A stretch of 64,000 bases of DNA from the human T2T-CHM13v2.0 reference genome, Homo sapiens. The stretch lies in NCBI RefSeq assembly GCF_009914755.1, contig NC_060938.1. One strand, given 5' to 3'. Shown here piece after piece: positions 13,736 to 27,972 of this stretch. Positions within the stretch are counted from its first letter, which is position 1. The number at the start of each line of letters is the position of its first letter. A program made the position numbers and the translations under genes. The notes under the pieces were generated by a model. That model was given only the letters and a program-made list of their open reading frames with translations, was not told where the DNA came from and ran no database searches.

Positions 13736-13989
13736 GAGGGGAAAGGCAGCTCCGGGTCACAGTGCTGCCTTCCACTGACACTCCTTTCCTGGCCCAGGCC
13801 CCTATGGAAACTGGTTCTGGGAACGGCAGCCATGAGATCTGCCCGAAGTCACACAGATAGCAAGAATTTGAAACTAAGTGTGTGACAGCACAATCATGGG
13901 ATATTTAAAAGGCTCATACTTCCCTGAATATTGCAAATTAATCTGAGTTTGAAAATATAAACTGTCATCAATTCTAATATAATGTGGCT

Positions 13990-14222
13990 ATCAAGCATTT
14001 AAATCTGGAACTGAATCCTAGTTCAATTCTTAGTTCTGCTACTTAGTAGCTGTGTCACCTTGGGGACATGAATCTCTCTAAGTTTAGTGCCTTCATCTGT
14101 TAAATGGGATGATATGTTATGCCCATCTCCTTGAGTTGGTATAGGGATTCATTGAAGGAATGTTTGTAAAGAGCTCACACCTGTGCCTGGTGCCAAGCAA
14201 GCCCTCAGTAAATTTTAGTATT
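13990..14222 (+). mobile_element. MIR
   Basis: 'ttctgctacttagtagctgtgtcaccttggg...cttcatctgttaaatgggat...tttgtaaagagctcacacctgtgcctgg'. Confidence 0.85.
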
Positions 14223-14644
14223 AGCCTATCTCTCTAGCACAAAGCAGAGTTTAAGAATACGTCATTATCTTGAATTAATCCAACATACTTATTCAGACAA
14301 TTTAGCAAAAATAAACCTATTACCTAAATTATATAGACCCTGGTAGCTATGTGGATACATGAGCTTACAACTACCATAAGAAGGTGAACATCATGTCATA
14401 ATTATCTTCCTGTAGTTTAAAATGCCTGCCTTAAAGCACGAAAAGCAAAGAGATTAGGTCTTGGAATTTCAAAAAGTAAGAGTTGTTTTATAAAACAAGC
14501 AAAACATGCTAACTAAATTATATCTAATGCAGACTCCCAAACACAAATGAAAAATGAAAACACTGATTCTGAGATAGTATTTAATTATTATCACAGAGGC
14601 CCAGATCTGAGTTTTTCTCTGGAAGGATTTAGGACTGTAAGAAC

Positions 14645-14830
14645 ATTCATTTGTCTATTTGCTCACTCATTAAATCATTCTCTTTTATTTGTGTAACAAA
14701 TATTTACTGAGTGCTGCTAAGTTGGACTCAGTTAGTGCTGGAGATATTAGGGTGAATCACATAAACTTTTTCCCTGTCCTTGTGGGGTTTCCAGTCCACT
14801 GGGAGGGAGAGGATATTACACTATTACAAA
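14645..14830 (-). mobile_element. L2 3' end
   Basis: 'cattcatt...aacaaatatttactgagtgctgctaag'. Confidence 0.6.
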
Positions 14831-15123
14831 GGGGATGAATGTTTTCAAAGAGAACTCTGCCTCTTAATCACTCTGCCACTGGAGGGAAGGGAAACAGGAA
14901 GAACTTTGAACTGTTTGTGCTGGGTAAGAAATGCTTACTGGACCACCTCAGGTATTTGGGTGGTGGTGGTAGGGGGTCTGGAAATAGCTTTTTACTGTTG
15001 TAGAGGGGTCCTTGCTTGATTTGATGTGGGTGCTCATGTAGGAATCAGACACAGTAGAGCACACCGGGAAGACCAGAAAAGGCAGCCTATCAAGTCCATT
15101 ATTAGAAATTGTTTAGCTTCCCA

Positions 15124-15644
<521 letters not shown>

Positions 15645-16419
15645 TCATCTCAAGGGAGGAGCCAGCTAGGAACACTCACTCGGTCCAATAACAATGCCAC
15701 CTCTCTGAGTCACAGCCTTGCCTTTCATTGAGATGGCTCCCCTGGCCCAGCCCCCAGTAGAAACTGTGTCTGTGTCCTGGGGAAGGCAGCCATGAATTAC
15801 AAACAGAAACCATGGAGAAAAAAAGCCAGCCCAAGGAGAGTGGTTTTCTTATATAGGCTCCATGAGATTGAAGCACAAGCTGCCACGCGTGAAGAACGAG
15901 GTAATAGTAACAGAAGGGATTCCAGATTTATGCACACTCACCCACACTCCAAAAAAAAAAAAAAGCCAAAACAAAACAAAACAAAACAAAACAAAAAACA
16001 AAAAAAACCATGCATGCACACACACACACTCCAAAAAAAAAAAAAAACCACGCATGCCCACATACACACACACATCCCTTCTCTGGCTTAGGACCCAGCA
16101 GGCTTTGAAGTGTTTGGAGCTCCAGCAGTTCAGCCAGTGGCCCAATGTCAAGTACTCCATCAGCAGGGGAGGCAGCAACTGCAGCTTCCTTAGTAATGGG
16201 AGGCGGTGCCCCTAAACTGTTGTTCTGATGGCAGGTCCCCAGCAGGGTCTGTGAAGAGACACCTCATATGGCTACATGTATTGCAGGAATCCTTCTGCAC
16301 AGAGGATCTGAACTGGGAGGAAGAACATGGTGAGCCACAAGATTACGGGCCATCTTGCTTTTAAGAACAGATAAGCATTTTGAGCAGACTTCCAAAACTA
16401 GTTGAGAGGCCAGGAGGGC

Positions 16420-16898
16420 CTATGTCCCTTCTCTTTAAATCTCAATGGGCTCTGTGATTTCCTTGACCAATAGAATATGGGAGAAGTGATGCTGGGCCAG
16501 TCACTTGGCCCAGGCCTTATGCAGCTAGAAGCTTCCAGCTCCATATTTTGAAATGCTTGTTCTTAGTGTCCTGCATTGCTAAGAAGTCTGACTAATCTGA
16601 GGCTGCCATGCTCTAAGAAGCCCAGGCTGCATGAAGAGGCCCTGGAGGATGAGACTTCATGTGGAGAGAGCGAAATGCCAAGGAGCATTGCAGGACCAGA
16701 AACGCAAGTAAAGAGACCACATTGGAAGTGATCATCTAGCTCCAGCTGCCTCAGCTGACTACATGGAGCAGAGGGGAAGCACCCAGCCAAGCCCTTCCCA
16801 AATTCCTAACCCTCAAAAGGGTAAACAAAATAACATGGTTGTTTTAAGCCCCAGTGTTTTGGGGTAGTTTGCTACACAGCAGAGGATGACTGGAAACA
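16420..16898 (+). mobile_element. MLT1 (G/H-like) MaLR LTR
   Basis: 'ttgaccaatagaatatgggagaagtgatgctg', 'tggttgttttaagccccagtgttttggggtagtttgctacacagca...ggaaaca'. Confidence 0.85.
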
Positions 16899-17249
16899 GA
16901 GGCCTGAAGGAAAAGTACAAGTACCAATGATTTAGAAGATGGTTGCCAGAGAGAGAAGCCAACATTGTATATCATGGCTTACTGTTGTGCTTCCAGTATG
17001 CTGTGGCCTGGGAAAACTCAGATTATACTAGAAAAGATGAAAAGTTAAAGACAGGAAGAAGGTTCCACACTGTACTGTCTTGGCATTCCTCTGTGTATCC
17101 TTTTCCTCTGCTACCCTCAACGTGTATGTTTCAAAGGATCTTGAAACATCTTGAAACAAAGGATCAAAGCCCTTGAACTTTCCCTTCTCTCACTTGCATA
17201 TTATTTACTCTCTTCACCTTCTCGCCCCTCCATACAGATGGCAATACAT

Positions 17250-18090
17250 GCAGGTCTAAGCCTCTAGTTTCAAGGTATATCCTGAGTACAGGTTCCTACC
17301 TATCTGGACTGCCCACTGATACCTCTTGGAACCTGAAACTCAAAGACTCTTTTCCCACACAGAGCTAATTTTTCCACCCATCTTTCCAACTTCTAGGAAT
17401 GGTTATCAGCCTTGGAGCCTTTTGAGTTGCCAAGTCATTCCCTTCTTTTTTTTTTTGAGTGAAATATCATTTTTACACACCCCTCCCGTTTCTCTAGTTC
17501 TTGCCTAGACTCCTGCAATAGCCTATAGTTTATTTCCCCACCTTGTTCTCTTTCTCTCAACCATGATCTACACCAGAGTTTTTCTTATTGTGGTTGCAAC
17601 CCATCAGTGGGTTATGAAAGTCATCTAAAAAATGAAACAAATACAATAGAATAAAACAGAATAGAAAGTGTTCACATTTTACACCCAGGGAAGGTATTAC
17701 TTTATACAATATTGTTTTAATTAAAAATATATGTTTTAAATATGTTTGCAATGACAAATGTATTTCTTACTGTGGGCTGTGATCACAGAAAGGTGGAAAA
17801 ACACTAATCTGAAGTACACATTCCCGTCAGACTGAAGTTCCTACAGTATAATCCTGGTCAGATTTCTCTCCTGCTCAAATGCCTTTGATGGCTGCCCACT
17901 GCCAACCAAAGGAAGTGGCCACTCTCATGCTGGGTCCCACAACCTTACTGACTTGATCTTAATCCTTTTTTCCAATTTATCTCCTTTTCTTCACAAGTTG
18001 CAACCCAGAGTGGGTTGCTGGTTGCTCTTTGAACATGCCCCGTGCTTTCTGGCCTCTGGGTCTTTGTTTAAGCTGTTCCATTTGCTCTGG
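17250..18090 (+). mobile_element. Degenerate L2, interrupted by a hAT element
   Basis: 'tcttgcctagactcctgcaatagcct', 'ctcctgctcaaatgcctttgatggctgcccactgcc'. Confidence 0.6.
17574..17808. mobile_element. hAT-Charlie non-autonomous DNA transposon
   Basis: Degenerate terminal inverted repeats ('cagagtttttc' / 'gaaaaacacta') and internal 'ttgcaacccatcagtgggttatgaa...tgtatttcttactgtggg'. Confidence 0.6.
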
Positions 18091-18125
18091 TTTCTCCATG
18101 TATCGACTCTCATTTCAGCACCCAA

Positions 18126-18335
18126 GAGGCAGTGTGGCATGGTGGAAAGGGTCAGGCCTTAGAGTCGCCCCAACCGGAAACTGACTCCAGGGTCTGTCAC
18201 TTACTTTCTGGACAAGTTATATAATCTAAAGACTGAATTTTCTTGTTTCTAAGAGGAGGACGTTAGGATTGGCATGAGGATTACATGAGATAATGCGCAT
18301 AATGCATTCAGCACAATATGTGGCAGGCAGTAGTA
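18126..18335 (+). mobile_element. MIR
   Basis: 'gaggcagtgtggcatggtggaaag...ggacaagttatataatct...gaggattacatgagataatgc'. Confidence 0.8.
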
Positions 18336-20009
18336 TCTTCTTCAGCCTCTACTGCGGTCAATATCTCCAACGTGCCTAATATTGTGTGATATAATAATAT
18401 CTATTTGCATGACCATATACCACCATTATATTGCTATAAGTACAAACAATTATGACATAATATCAGGCTTGTGGAAAACACTAAAATGTTCTTTTTTGTC
18501 TTACTACAAGCTTTCTAATTTTATTCTATTTTATATTCAGTGATTCTTGTGCTTGTTAATTTTCTAGCAGACTTAAAACTCCTAGATCAGCGAAATTTTT
18601 AAAGCTATCTGGTATCTCTCACAGTACTTAGTAAACTGGCTTTCATATAAAAAGTGCTCAAAAAATTAAATGGAATTGAAAGCAGAAATGCTACCACACT
18701 GTATCCTAGCCAGAGAAAACAGTTCTACATCTGTGAGTCCTGTATAAATCTATGAAAGTGAATCCCGACTCTTTATTCAGATTTTGTTTTGAACTCACAG
18801 GATGGCTGCATGTGCACCATGTAAAGTCTCTGTACCCATGAGTATCTCCTCTTAGAGTGGAAAATAAACTCTGGCATTACTATTTGCCTTAGAGAGAAGC
18901 TAGGAAGATCAAGTCTATAAATTGTGTGGTACTTTGGGAAAGTCAGCGTAAAAGTAGAAAGCAAGAATCTGAAACTAGTTATTTTAGGGAGAAGGGAACC
19001 ATCAAATCTTGAAAAGTTGGAGTGAGTCAAATGTGTAAGATCAAATGTGTAAATCCCAGGCCTGCACTTACTCACTTCTTGTAGCGAATGCTCTTTTCCT
19101 CCCAATCCATTATGCTAATACATATGCCACATTTTATGAGGCCAAGGTGAAAATGAATCAGGCTCTATTGTAACTAAGCCTGTTTAGCTGACACATGACA
19201 CCCAAACGGATTTCTAGCCCAGCAATTCAGGCCCGTTGGTATCTGCTGGGAGGTGATAAATAATGAGGTAATCACAAAACATTGTCTCACCAGTGAGGAG
19301 GTGGCAAAACAGGCTTTGGATCTGAAGTTTTAACCCTTTTTGACTGGACATCTGGCCCTGCAAATATTGCTGTGATTAGGCTGTTGTAATCCTGGCCCAC
19401 ATCTGGGCCGGCTCCCGTGGCACAGTTTCATTGAATTTTGCAGTGTGGAAAAACATGTCGCTGCCTGCAGCTCTGTACTCTAAAAATCTTCGGCATTCCA
19501 ATTGGCTCTTCACATTTCTGTGGCCCTGGAATCACCCACTGGCAATAGCTTTTGCTTACTGGCTTCAGTACACTTGGGCTTTATATTGTAAATAGCAGAG
19601 GAGAGGCCCAGGCAGAAGCCTAACTTGTTGACCAAGAGAGGGTGGAAGAAGGGAGCCAGGTGCAGTTTGAGAACCAGCAAGCTAGAGATACACATAATAT
19701 CAGTTTCAGTGTCAAAACGAACAAAGGGAGAAGCAATTGTGCCACTTTCTATTAGCCTTAAAACAATAAAGAGAAAACCAGAATTGGTAAGCTGACAATG
19801 ACTTGAGTTTGATTACCAATTTTTTTAATTATTAAAATTTTTATTAAAATGATTTCAATGAAACTTTTTAATAGCACTGCATCTCTCTGTCATTCTCACC
19901 CCACCGTCGCCTCTTCTGACATACACAGGCTTTCTAATTGTGGCTGCAGCATCCCTACTATATATGTAATCCCTCAGGCTGGGGCAATAAGCCACAAATT
20001 GCTTTCAGC

Positions 20010-20227
20010 TGACTGAAAGTTGCTTTCAGACAGACCTGGATCCAAATCTCTTCAGGTTCTGTGACATTAGGCAGGTTACTTAACTGCACTAAATCTTACC
20101 TTCCATGTCTGCAAAGTAATACGGCAATGGAAGTCATATTATAAGGTTGTTTAGAAGAGAAAATGAGTTAATGCACGGACAAAGCTAGCACAAGACCTGG
20201 TTAAGTACCTGATAAAGGATAGCTACT
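20010..20227 (+). mobile_element. MIR
   Basis: 'cagacagacctggatccaaatc...gtgacattaggcaggttacttaac'. Confidence 0.75.
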
Positions 20228-20370
20228 GGCTGGGTGGCATGGCTCAAGCCTGTAATTTCAGCACTTTGGAAGGCTGAGGCAGAAGGACTGCTTGAGGCCA
20301 GGAGTTCAAGGTCAGCTTGAGCAACAAAGTGAGACCTCTGTCTCTACCAAAAAAAAAAAAAAAACAAAAA
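20228..20370 (+). mobile_element. FLAM / free left Alu monomer, followed by (ATCTAT)n to about 20416
   Basis: Single Alu monomer with 'gaaggactgcttgaggccaggagttcaag' and a poly(A). Confidence 0.88.
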
Positions 20371-21506
20371 CCTATATCTATCTATATCTATATCTGTATC
20401 TATATCTGTATCTATATTTACTGTAACAATCACTTCAAGGTAATTAAAAACTCATGTGCTAGACTGTCTTTATACTGCCTTCACAAAGCAATGTGACATT
20501 GCCTGATGCAATGCCACCTGGTATTGCTGCAGCTGTGGATAAGGGACATAGGTGATGTGGCATTACTGAAGTGTCAAGGGATAACACACTCTATTTGGCA
20601 GTGTGATCACGGGGCTCCTCCTCAGATAATGCAATTCAAGTTTATTTGTCTTAGTTTTCTATCGTGGTGCTTTTGAATATTTCTATTCTATTTCCAACAA
20701 TGACAATTTTATTTTCTCCCTCTGGGAATTGTCAGGGCAGGCATGTTCTTCCTCTCCCTTCAATATTCTCACGAATGGAAGAACTTGTTCTTGAAAGAGT
20801 TGTCAATAGCTCTTCAAGTATTGCTGTTTTAAAAACTATCAGTTTTGAAGGTGGTTCAGAATTTAGAAAATTTTAATGTAGCACCATTGGAAAATGATTT
20901 AAATTAAAAATACTAGTGATTACAAAACAAAGCTAAATTCCTAAAAATCCCTAAAAATCCCGAGGAGAATCTACTCTCTTCATATTATTTTTTCCATATT
21001 CTACAAATGCTTAACAAGGATGGCAATTTATCTTTGCGTGGTCCATGTTTACATTTTTCTCCTCCCAAGGGTGTATTAGGATTTTTAACTTTCCCTTTTT
21101 GCTTAAAATTCTTTTTAAAATATGTAGACTCATATTTTTCCTACAAAAATAGAATTCATGACAAGAAAACTGAAGATATCTCTCAGAATATGAAACCTCA
21201 AATGTCACTGAAATACTTAAATACTAATGTCATTTCTATTTTTACATTTCTTTAATTAAGATTTCTTACTCTTACACCTCTTTGGGAACTACAATTACTT
21301 TCTACCATATTTAGTGTTGTATCCTCACAGGGCCTATCATGGATCCTTGTGTGAAGAAGGCACAATCCACATTTCCCATCAAGTCAGAGACTTTGGTATC
21401 TTTGAAAGCGGCAGCCACATATCTGTAGTAAGCCATCTAGAATCCATCCTTCCCCAGTCAATGGGCTCTAGTCTAGACCAAGCTTGGAACATAAATAGCC
21501 TTGCTC

Positions 21507-21970
21507 GCACTATTCACAATAACAAAGACATGGAGTCAACCTAAGTGTCCATCAATGGTGGACTGGATAAAGAAAATGTGGTACATATACACCATGGAAT
21601 ACCACACAGCCATAAAAAGAGCAAAATCATGTCCTTTGCAGCAACATGGATGCAGCTGGAGGTCATCATCCTAGGCAAATTAACACAGGAACAGAAAACC
21701 AACTACCACATGTTCTTACCTATAAGTGGGCGCTAAATATTTAGTACTCATGGACATAAAGATGGCAACAATAGACATTGGGGACTTCTAGAGGTGGGAG
21801 GGAAGGAGGGAGAGACAAGGGCTGAAAAACTGTTGGATAATATGCTCACTACCTGGGTGATGGGATCATGTGTACTACAAACCTCAGTATCACGCAATAC
21901 ATGTACAGTAACAAGCCTGTACATGTACCTCCTGAATCTAAAATAAAAGTTGAAATTATAAAAGAAAAAT
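21507..21970 (+). mobile_element. L1PA15/16-like 3' end
   Basis: 'tcatgtcctttgcagcaacatggatgcagctggag', 'ctgaatctaaaataaaagttgaaatt'. Confidence 0.88.
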
Positions 21971-24900
21971 AAGAATCGTCCTGCTTGGTTTACATCTATT
22001 TCAGAAAGCATTACACTATATATACACAGCATTTGTTGTTGATTACTTGTGATTTCTGGTGATTTCTATAACACGTTAGACATCAGGCTCTTGGTGAGGC
22101 ATATAATCCCCTATTACAACTGTTTCTATGAGGAAATCAGACTTGACTTATGTCTTTCTTACTTAGGTTACCTTTACTGGGAGTGTAGGAAGATTTGGAG
22201 ACTGCCTGGATTTCATTTTGCCATATATAATTATGTTATGTGTATAATCAGTCTTAAAAACTTGTTGGCCATATTCTATTACTCTTGTAGCCTTCTTGAC
22301 TTTGTGCATATCTGTTTTATTTAGACGTTGTTTAACTTATACTCTGGTGTCCACCTTATGCTTACATGTAATACTAGTACACCTCTCCTCCTTATCAAGA
22401 AGTGTAAATACAAAGGCCCTTCTTGGGATCAGATCTAAGATGCTGCATTTTGACTCCACAGTACAGTAACTGATATGTCAACATTCCACTGTGATAAACA
22501 AGAGGTGAAGATGTAGGTTTTCAAGAATAATCTCTTGTTAGATCAACTTTTGTTATCTGACAGCCCATCTGGTCTTTGGCCTGGCTGAAATATTTAAATC
22601 TTTAATATGCTTTTAAAGAATTATTGCCTAATATTTCCTTTAATTTGTAAACCTCAGCATTCTTCAAGTACTGTATGAGTCTTACAAAAACAGAAACACT
22701 ACAACTAAAAAAAAAGATACAAAATAAATCACTGATTTAATCGTATTTTTGCAATTGTCATTTTTGGATGATAGCCAAGAATAGATTTTTTTTTGGTGGC
22801 ACTTATGAATGCAAAGTACAACTCCTTCCATTGTTATCAGAACAAAGATCACTTACTTTGAATGGCTCAAGGTATGTAAACACAGCTGGTCCAATAGCTT
22901 GAGTGGCAATGAAATACAGTGCCACGGAAGAGATGGGTTCATGGGTGACGCAAGGACTCAGACGCTCTTGTGCAAAAAGCCCAGAGGCCACAGTTTGTCT
23001 ACTCCTGACTATGAGGACAAACTTGAACTCTCTAGAGAAGAGTTTCTCTCTTGCTAAACCATATAGTTTTAGAACTATATATAGTTTATTAGATTTCCCA
23101 GACAAGCAAAATTTCAAAACATTTGGGGGACTTTTATATAAAGTTGCCAACTTTTAATCTTGCCAAGCAAGAAACATAAAAAAAAAAAACTACTGTCTCC
23201 ATCATTTTATTAAAAGGGCATTTTAACATAAAAATATTAATAAGGAATAGCCCTTTAAATTGAATACATCTGAGCTTTACAAAAAAACTCCATCTTCTCA
23301 TTTTGCCCTGTACCGAAGAACATTTTGTACACAGACTCTGGTGTCTGGGCTCATTGGGCCTCATCTGTGTCTGATAATTGCTGATGACCAACGAACAGAG
23401 GTCTGAGCTCGCGAGCAGCATAAGGTGGGGCACACCATTTTCCTTGGGGCCAACGAACAGGAAAGTTTGCCAAACCCTAAGATTTCACATTCCTAGATTG
23501 TGCCACTTCACGGCCACAGCTGGGCCACAGAGCACTGCTTACAGGCCATATGGACTCTGTCAGGAGCAAGTTTTGCCCCAAAAGCCTACATAGGAAGTGA
23601 AAAGGGAGAGCTCTTGTAGCCTGGCACTCAGCAGCCATATTTCAAGTGTAGCAGAAGCAAAACAAGGGAAAATTTTAAATTTAAAATCTCATTCAGACCT
23701 TCCAAAACACGTTTGTAAATCCTTGATATTTGCAAGGGCTAAATCCTGAGACATAAAAAAATCTCCAAATCCGTGAACATGGAGATATTTGCACAGGCTT
23801 CTGGCTTTTTCCAAGAATGATTTCTTTTGAAACATATGCATTTCCAAAGTCTATCTCTTCCCACACCAAGTCAATGTTTTTGAAAGATTTATTCATGTTT
23901 TATCTTTCATAGGATGACTACTTTTCTTTTTCATAGAAATCAAGTTTTTAATCACCCTAAGAGTTAGTGCTTATGTGAAGAGCAGAGAACAAAAAAAATC
24001 TGATTGGAGAGGGATGTTGGGCGGCTGACTAGGCTAACACACTAGCTCCTCAATCACTCCCTAACACTAGCTTCAAAGTACATATGATTCGAATTTGAAC
24101 CTCAGCAAAACTGCCAATTAACACATCACAAACCTTCATGGTCGATTGCAAATATTCAAAACCTAGAGTGTTAAATCTGTGAATACCAAGGCTCCCCTGC
24201 ATAGTTCTCTGGCAGTTCAGTGTTACATAATTTGGGGTGAGAAACCCAGGTTGCTGTTGGGAATGGTAACAATCAATCACTACATCTTCCTTTGTTGCAA
24301 TTCTAAGCACAGTAAAATAAAAGCATAATATGTTTTTAAAAATGAACATACCGATTGCCTATACAAATTGCCTCATTTTCACTATGAACTGGCTTGGTGA
24401 TAAATGGAAATTATGAATTAAGAGATTGGGAGATTGCTGAACACCGTTCAGAAGAAAAAGATGGTGAAAGTTCTCTTTTTCTGCTGCAGTACTATGCTAA
24501 AGAAAAAATATCTCACATTTACCAGCATTCTTGAGGATTTCATGTTCTTTCAAAATAAACTTAAAATACTTTGCTTGGTTGCATGCACGATGACAGATTT
24601 CGAGAAGGAAAAAAAAAAAAATCAGCTACCAGCCACTGGGTGGCTAAACAACCATGTAGAATGTTGTGTCTTCTCAGCTGTGAGTGATGAGTCAGACCCG
24701 TCAGACTCTGCTGTGATAAGGGCCTGCCATCTAGGGCATCTCACATTACCAAAGCCATATCAATTAACATTCATCTGGGAGGACCCCTAAAGGCTTATAA
24801 CTGATAAGCCACAACTAGAATATGTGATGGAGAAAGACTCTGTGCTTGTCTCATCCTCAGATTTCTTTGGTCTCAGAGAGAATATGTTCAAAAGTTTAAA

Positions 24901-25049
24901 ATGCAAAAACAACATGGATCTATTGAGTATTAATTTGAAATCTAGAACTGTATTTTGAATAAGGTATAAAAGAAGAAAAACAAATGATCCTTGTCTTAAA
25001 AGAGCCCAAAATCTTGTTGTGTTGACAAAAAGCAGCATACTAACAGCAA

Positions 25050-25260
25050 ATATAATAGTAACATTTTCTGAATTACTATTTACTGACTCACCAGAGATCC
25101 ACCAGTGCAGTTTTGCTTAATCCTCATGATAACCCTATGTGGAGAGTTCTCACGTTGTCAACAGGATAGAGATGAGAAGACAGAGGCTTAGAGAAGTTAA
25201 ATAACTTACCCAGCCAGGTCTCTATGACTCCAAAGCACATGCTCTTGCCCATTACATCAT
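25050..25260 (-). mobile_element. MIR
   Basis: 'ttaatcctcatgataaccctatg...gatgagaagacagaggcttagagaagttaaataacttaccca'. Confidence 0.8.
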
Positions 25261-26001
25261 CCATTATAGATACATACATCCATTCATAATGGTAGGGAAA
25301 AACGGAATTGCAACAAGATGATGGTTCAAAGGTATTCACGGATGCTTTTTGTAATGAATACACATGAGTTATGTTTCATGTCCATCTGATGGACATTTGT
25401 AGATGTCTTGAGTTAATATGTCTACTTCTGCTGAGCAGATGAGAGGAATTCCCAGATACCAGCTCCAATGCCACACTCCTTCCTCTATGGAGGGAACTTC
25501 TAGGAGTGCTTTCTTTGTGTTCCCCCAATAGCACGTCCCCTTTTACCATTTATTCAGTGATTTATGTAGTTGTTATAATTCTCTATTAGACTGCAAGCTC
25601 TTGTACAAAAAGGATTTGGTTGCTTTCTTAATATTTAGCAAGTGTTTTATATATAATAGAAACTCGACATTTGTAAATGCTAGTGGTCTAATCAATTACT
25701 CAGCAGGTATGGGGAGTAGTCAACTAACATGTGCTCTTGGTTTCTTTGATTATATTTTAAGTTTCTGCAAAGTGCTTCAGCTTATGTGTTAGCAGATATT
25801 CCATGTGACATTGCAGAAACTATTCAAAAAGTTTATTTCTCAGTACTTTTCCTGAGATTACTTCTGGGAAAGCCAGTATGAGGAAAAGAACTGATAGATC
25901 GTTAGGTAGATTTTGATAATATATTCTGGACTCCAAATTCTAAGATGAACAGAAGGCTTTATATCCATCTTATTAACACAGGTTGAGTTTATTTTAGAGA
26001 C

Positions 26002-26203
26002 TTTTTTTTTTTAAGACAGGGTCTCTGTTGCCCAGGCTGGAGGGCAGTGGTGTGATCAAGGCTCACTGCAGCCTTAATCTCCTGGGCTCAAGGATCCTCC
26101 CCCTCAGCCTCCTGAGTAGCTGGGACGACAGGCATGTGCCACCACACCCAGCTAATTTGTTATTTTTTGTAGAGAACAAGGTCTTGCTATGTTGCTCAGG
26201 CTG
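26002..26203 (-). mobile_element. 5'-truncated AluJ
   Basis: Poly(T), right arm and part of the left arm. TSD 'tagagact' at 25995-26002 and 26204-26211. Confidence 0.9.
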
Positions 26204-27639
26204 TAGAGACTCTTTTTAAATGAAAAACAAAGAGGTAAAATAAGGACTCGGATTTCTTACCTTAGTAATATATATTGTGTTGTGTCAATTCTCTTGTCAT
26301 TTTATTTACACAAACTGATACAAATTAAAGCAAAAAGCTAATGTTTCTATTTTAGAAATAACGACAATTTAAAATATTTTAATAAAAGTCTAAAAACTTT
26401 TGAATTAATTCCAGTGGTACTTATGTACAATATAATTTTAATCACTTTTATAGCATAATAAAATTAATAAGTATAACAACAGTAATTACACACTCATTCT
26501 TATCTTCATGAGATGGTATTCCCTTCACTCAATAGTTGCATATGGAGAATTCTGTAATTGCTTATTTCCAAAGAACTGTTTGAGTAGAAATTAGTCCCAT
26601 AGGACTTATAAAAAGAAGTATGTTCGCTTTACTGAAAGGGTGAGTGCTTGCCACTCAGGAAATCAATATAGAAAAGGGGAAGAATAGAAACTCAGTCCTG
26701 TGTTTAAGCTTGGTTCCCAGAATATTTAGATAGATTCACTCTTATGAGCTACACACAATAAGAACTGTCTAAAGTAACCAGGGAAGTGAAGTTTGTACAG
26801 CCCTCCCGAAAAAAATCGTTTCCCAGCTAATTTATATAATATTACAAATTGACAAATAGTTAAGGGCTTCCCAAATCAAACACAGTCAACTGTGGTTATA
26901 GAAAACAAAAAAACACTGATTTGAGCATTGGGCTGCCTCTAGGAGGGCATCTGCTGAGCACGGGGTCTTTCATTGCTAAAGTCCCTGGCATAGACATCAA
27001 GAGCAAGACTTCGAATAATGGGTGGGTATAAAATCCAATCTCCCATTGAAAGGATAAGAGTCTTTTATAGTTCATAACCGAGCAACCAACAATTAACTAT
27101 ACTTGCCTGTCCCCAAATAGAGGGGCACTCACTCTACTTTCTCCCGTTGTTAAAGGCTGTGAGTGACCTTTGTGCCAGTTGCCTACATTTAATGAGGATT
27201 TAAGTTCTTCCACTTTGCACTCATCAATACTAGCCATCCTATTTAACAGGTGCCCTACCCCCACCCAAATACCCTGGCCTAATACTTCCTTGACTCCTTA
27301 ATTTCAAAATTCTTTACCACTACCTCATTTTTGCAACCTGTTCCCAAGGCCTGGACATTGGATCACCTGGAATTGAGATACCTGGAGACACTAAGGGTTA
27401 CCACCTCATTTTTCTATCCTTGCCCTACCACTTTCACTGCTTTGGTTCAATAATACCTGCTTTTCAACCTCATCCACACTTTCTCATTTAATCTCTCCCA
27501 CTAATTCCAGTCTATTGGAACTTCTCTTGGAAGAGGGGAATTCCTCTTTTTGTACTCTTGGTACATTGTTTTTTTTTCACAACCACACTCAATCCATCAA
27601 TTCTTGAAACTTTGAAACTTCCCACCAACTGCTTTCTTT

Positions 27640-27651
27640 TTTCTTTTTCTT

Positions 27652-27686
<35 letters not shown>

Positions 27687-27972
27687 AGATGGAGTCTCGC
27701 TTTGTGGCCCAGACTGGAGTGCAGTGGCTCGATCTCGGCTCACTGCAAGCTCCGCCTCCCGGGTTCACGCCATTCTCCTGCCTCAGCCTCCTGAGTAGCT
27801 GGGACTACAGGTGCCCGCCACCATGCCAGGCTAATTTTTTTTGTATTTTTAGTAGAAACGGGGTTTCACCGGGTTAGCCAGGATGGTCTCGATTTCCTGA
27901 GCTCGTGATCCACCCGCCTCGGCTAGGATTACAAAGTGCTAGGATTACAAGCGTGAGCCACCGCGCCCGGCC
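27640..27972 (-). mobile_element. AluY
   Basis: Y diagnostics 'gcaagctccgcctcccgggttcacgccattctc' and 'ttagccaggatggtctcgat', CpG-rich. 15-bp TSD 'ccaactgctttcttt' at 27625-27639 and 27973-27987. Confidence 0.96.
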
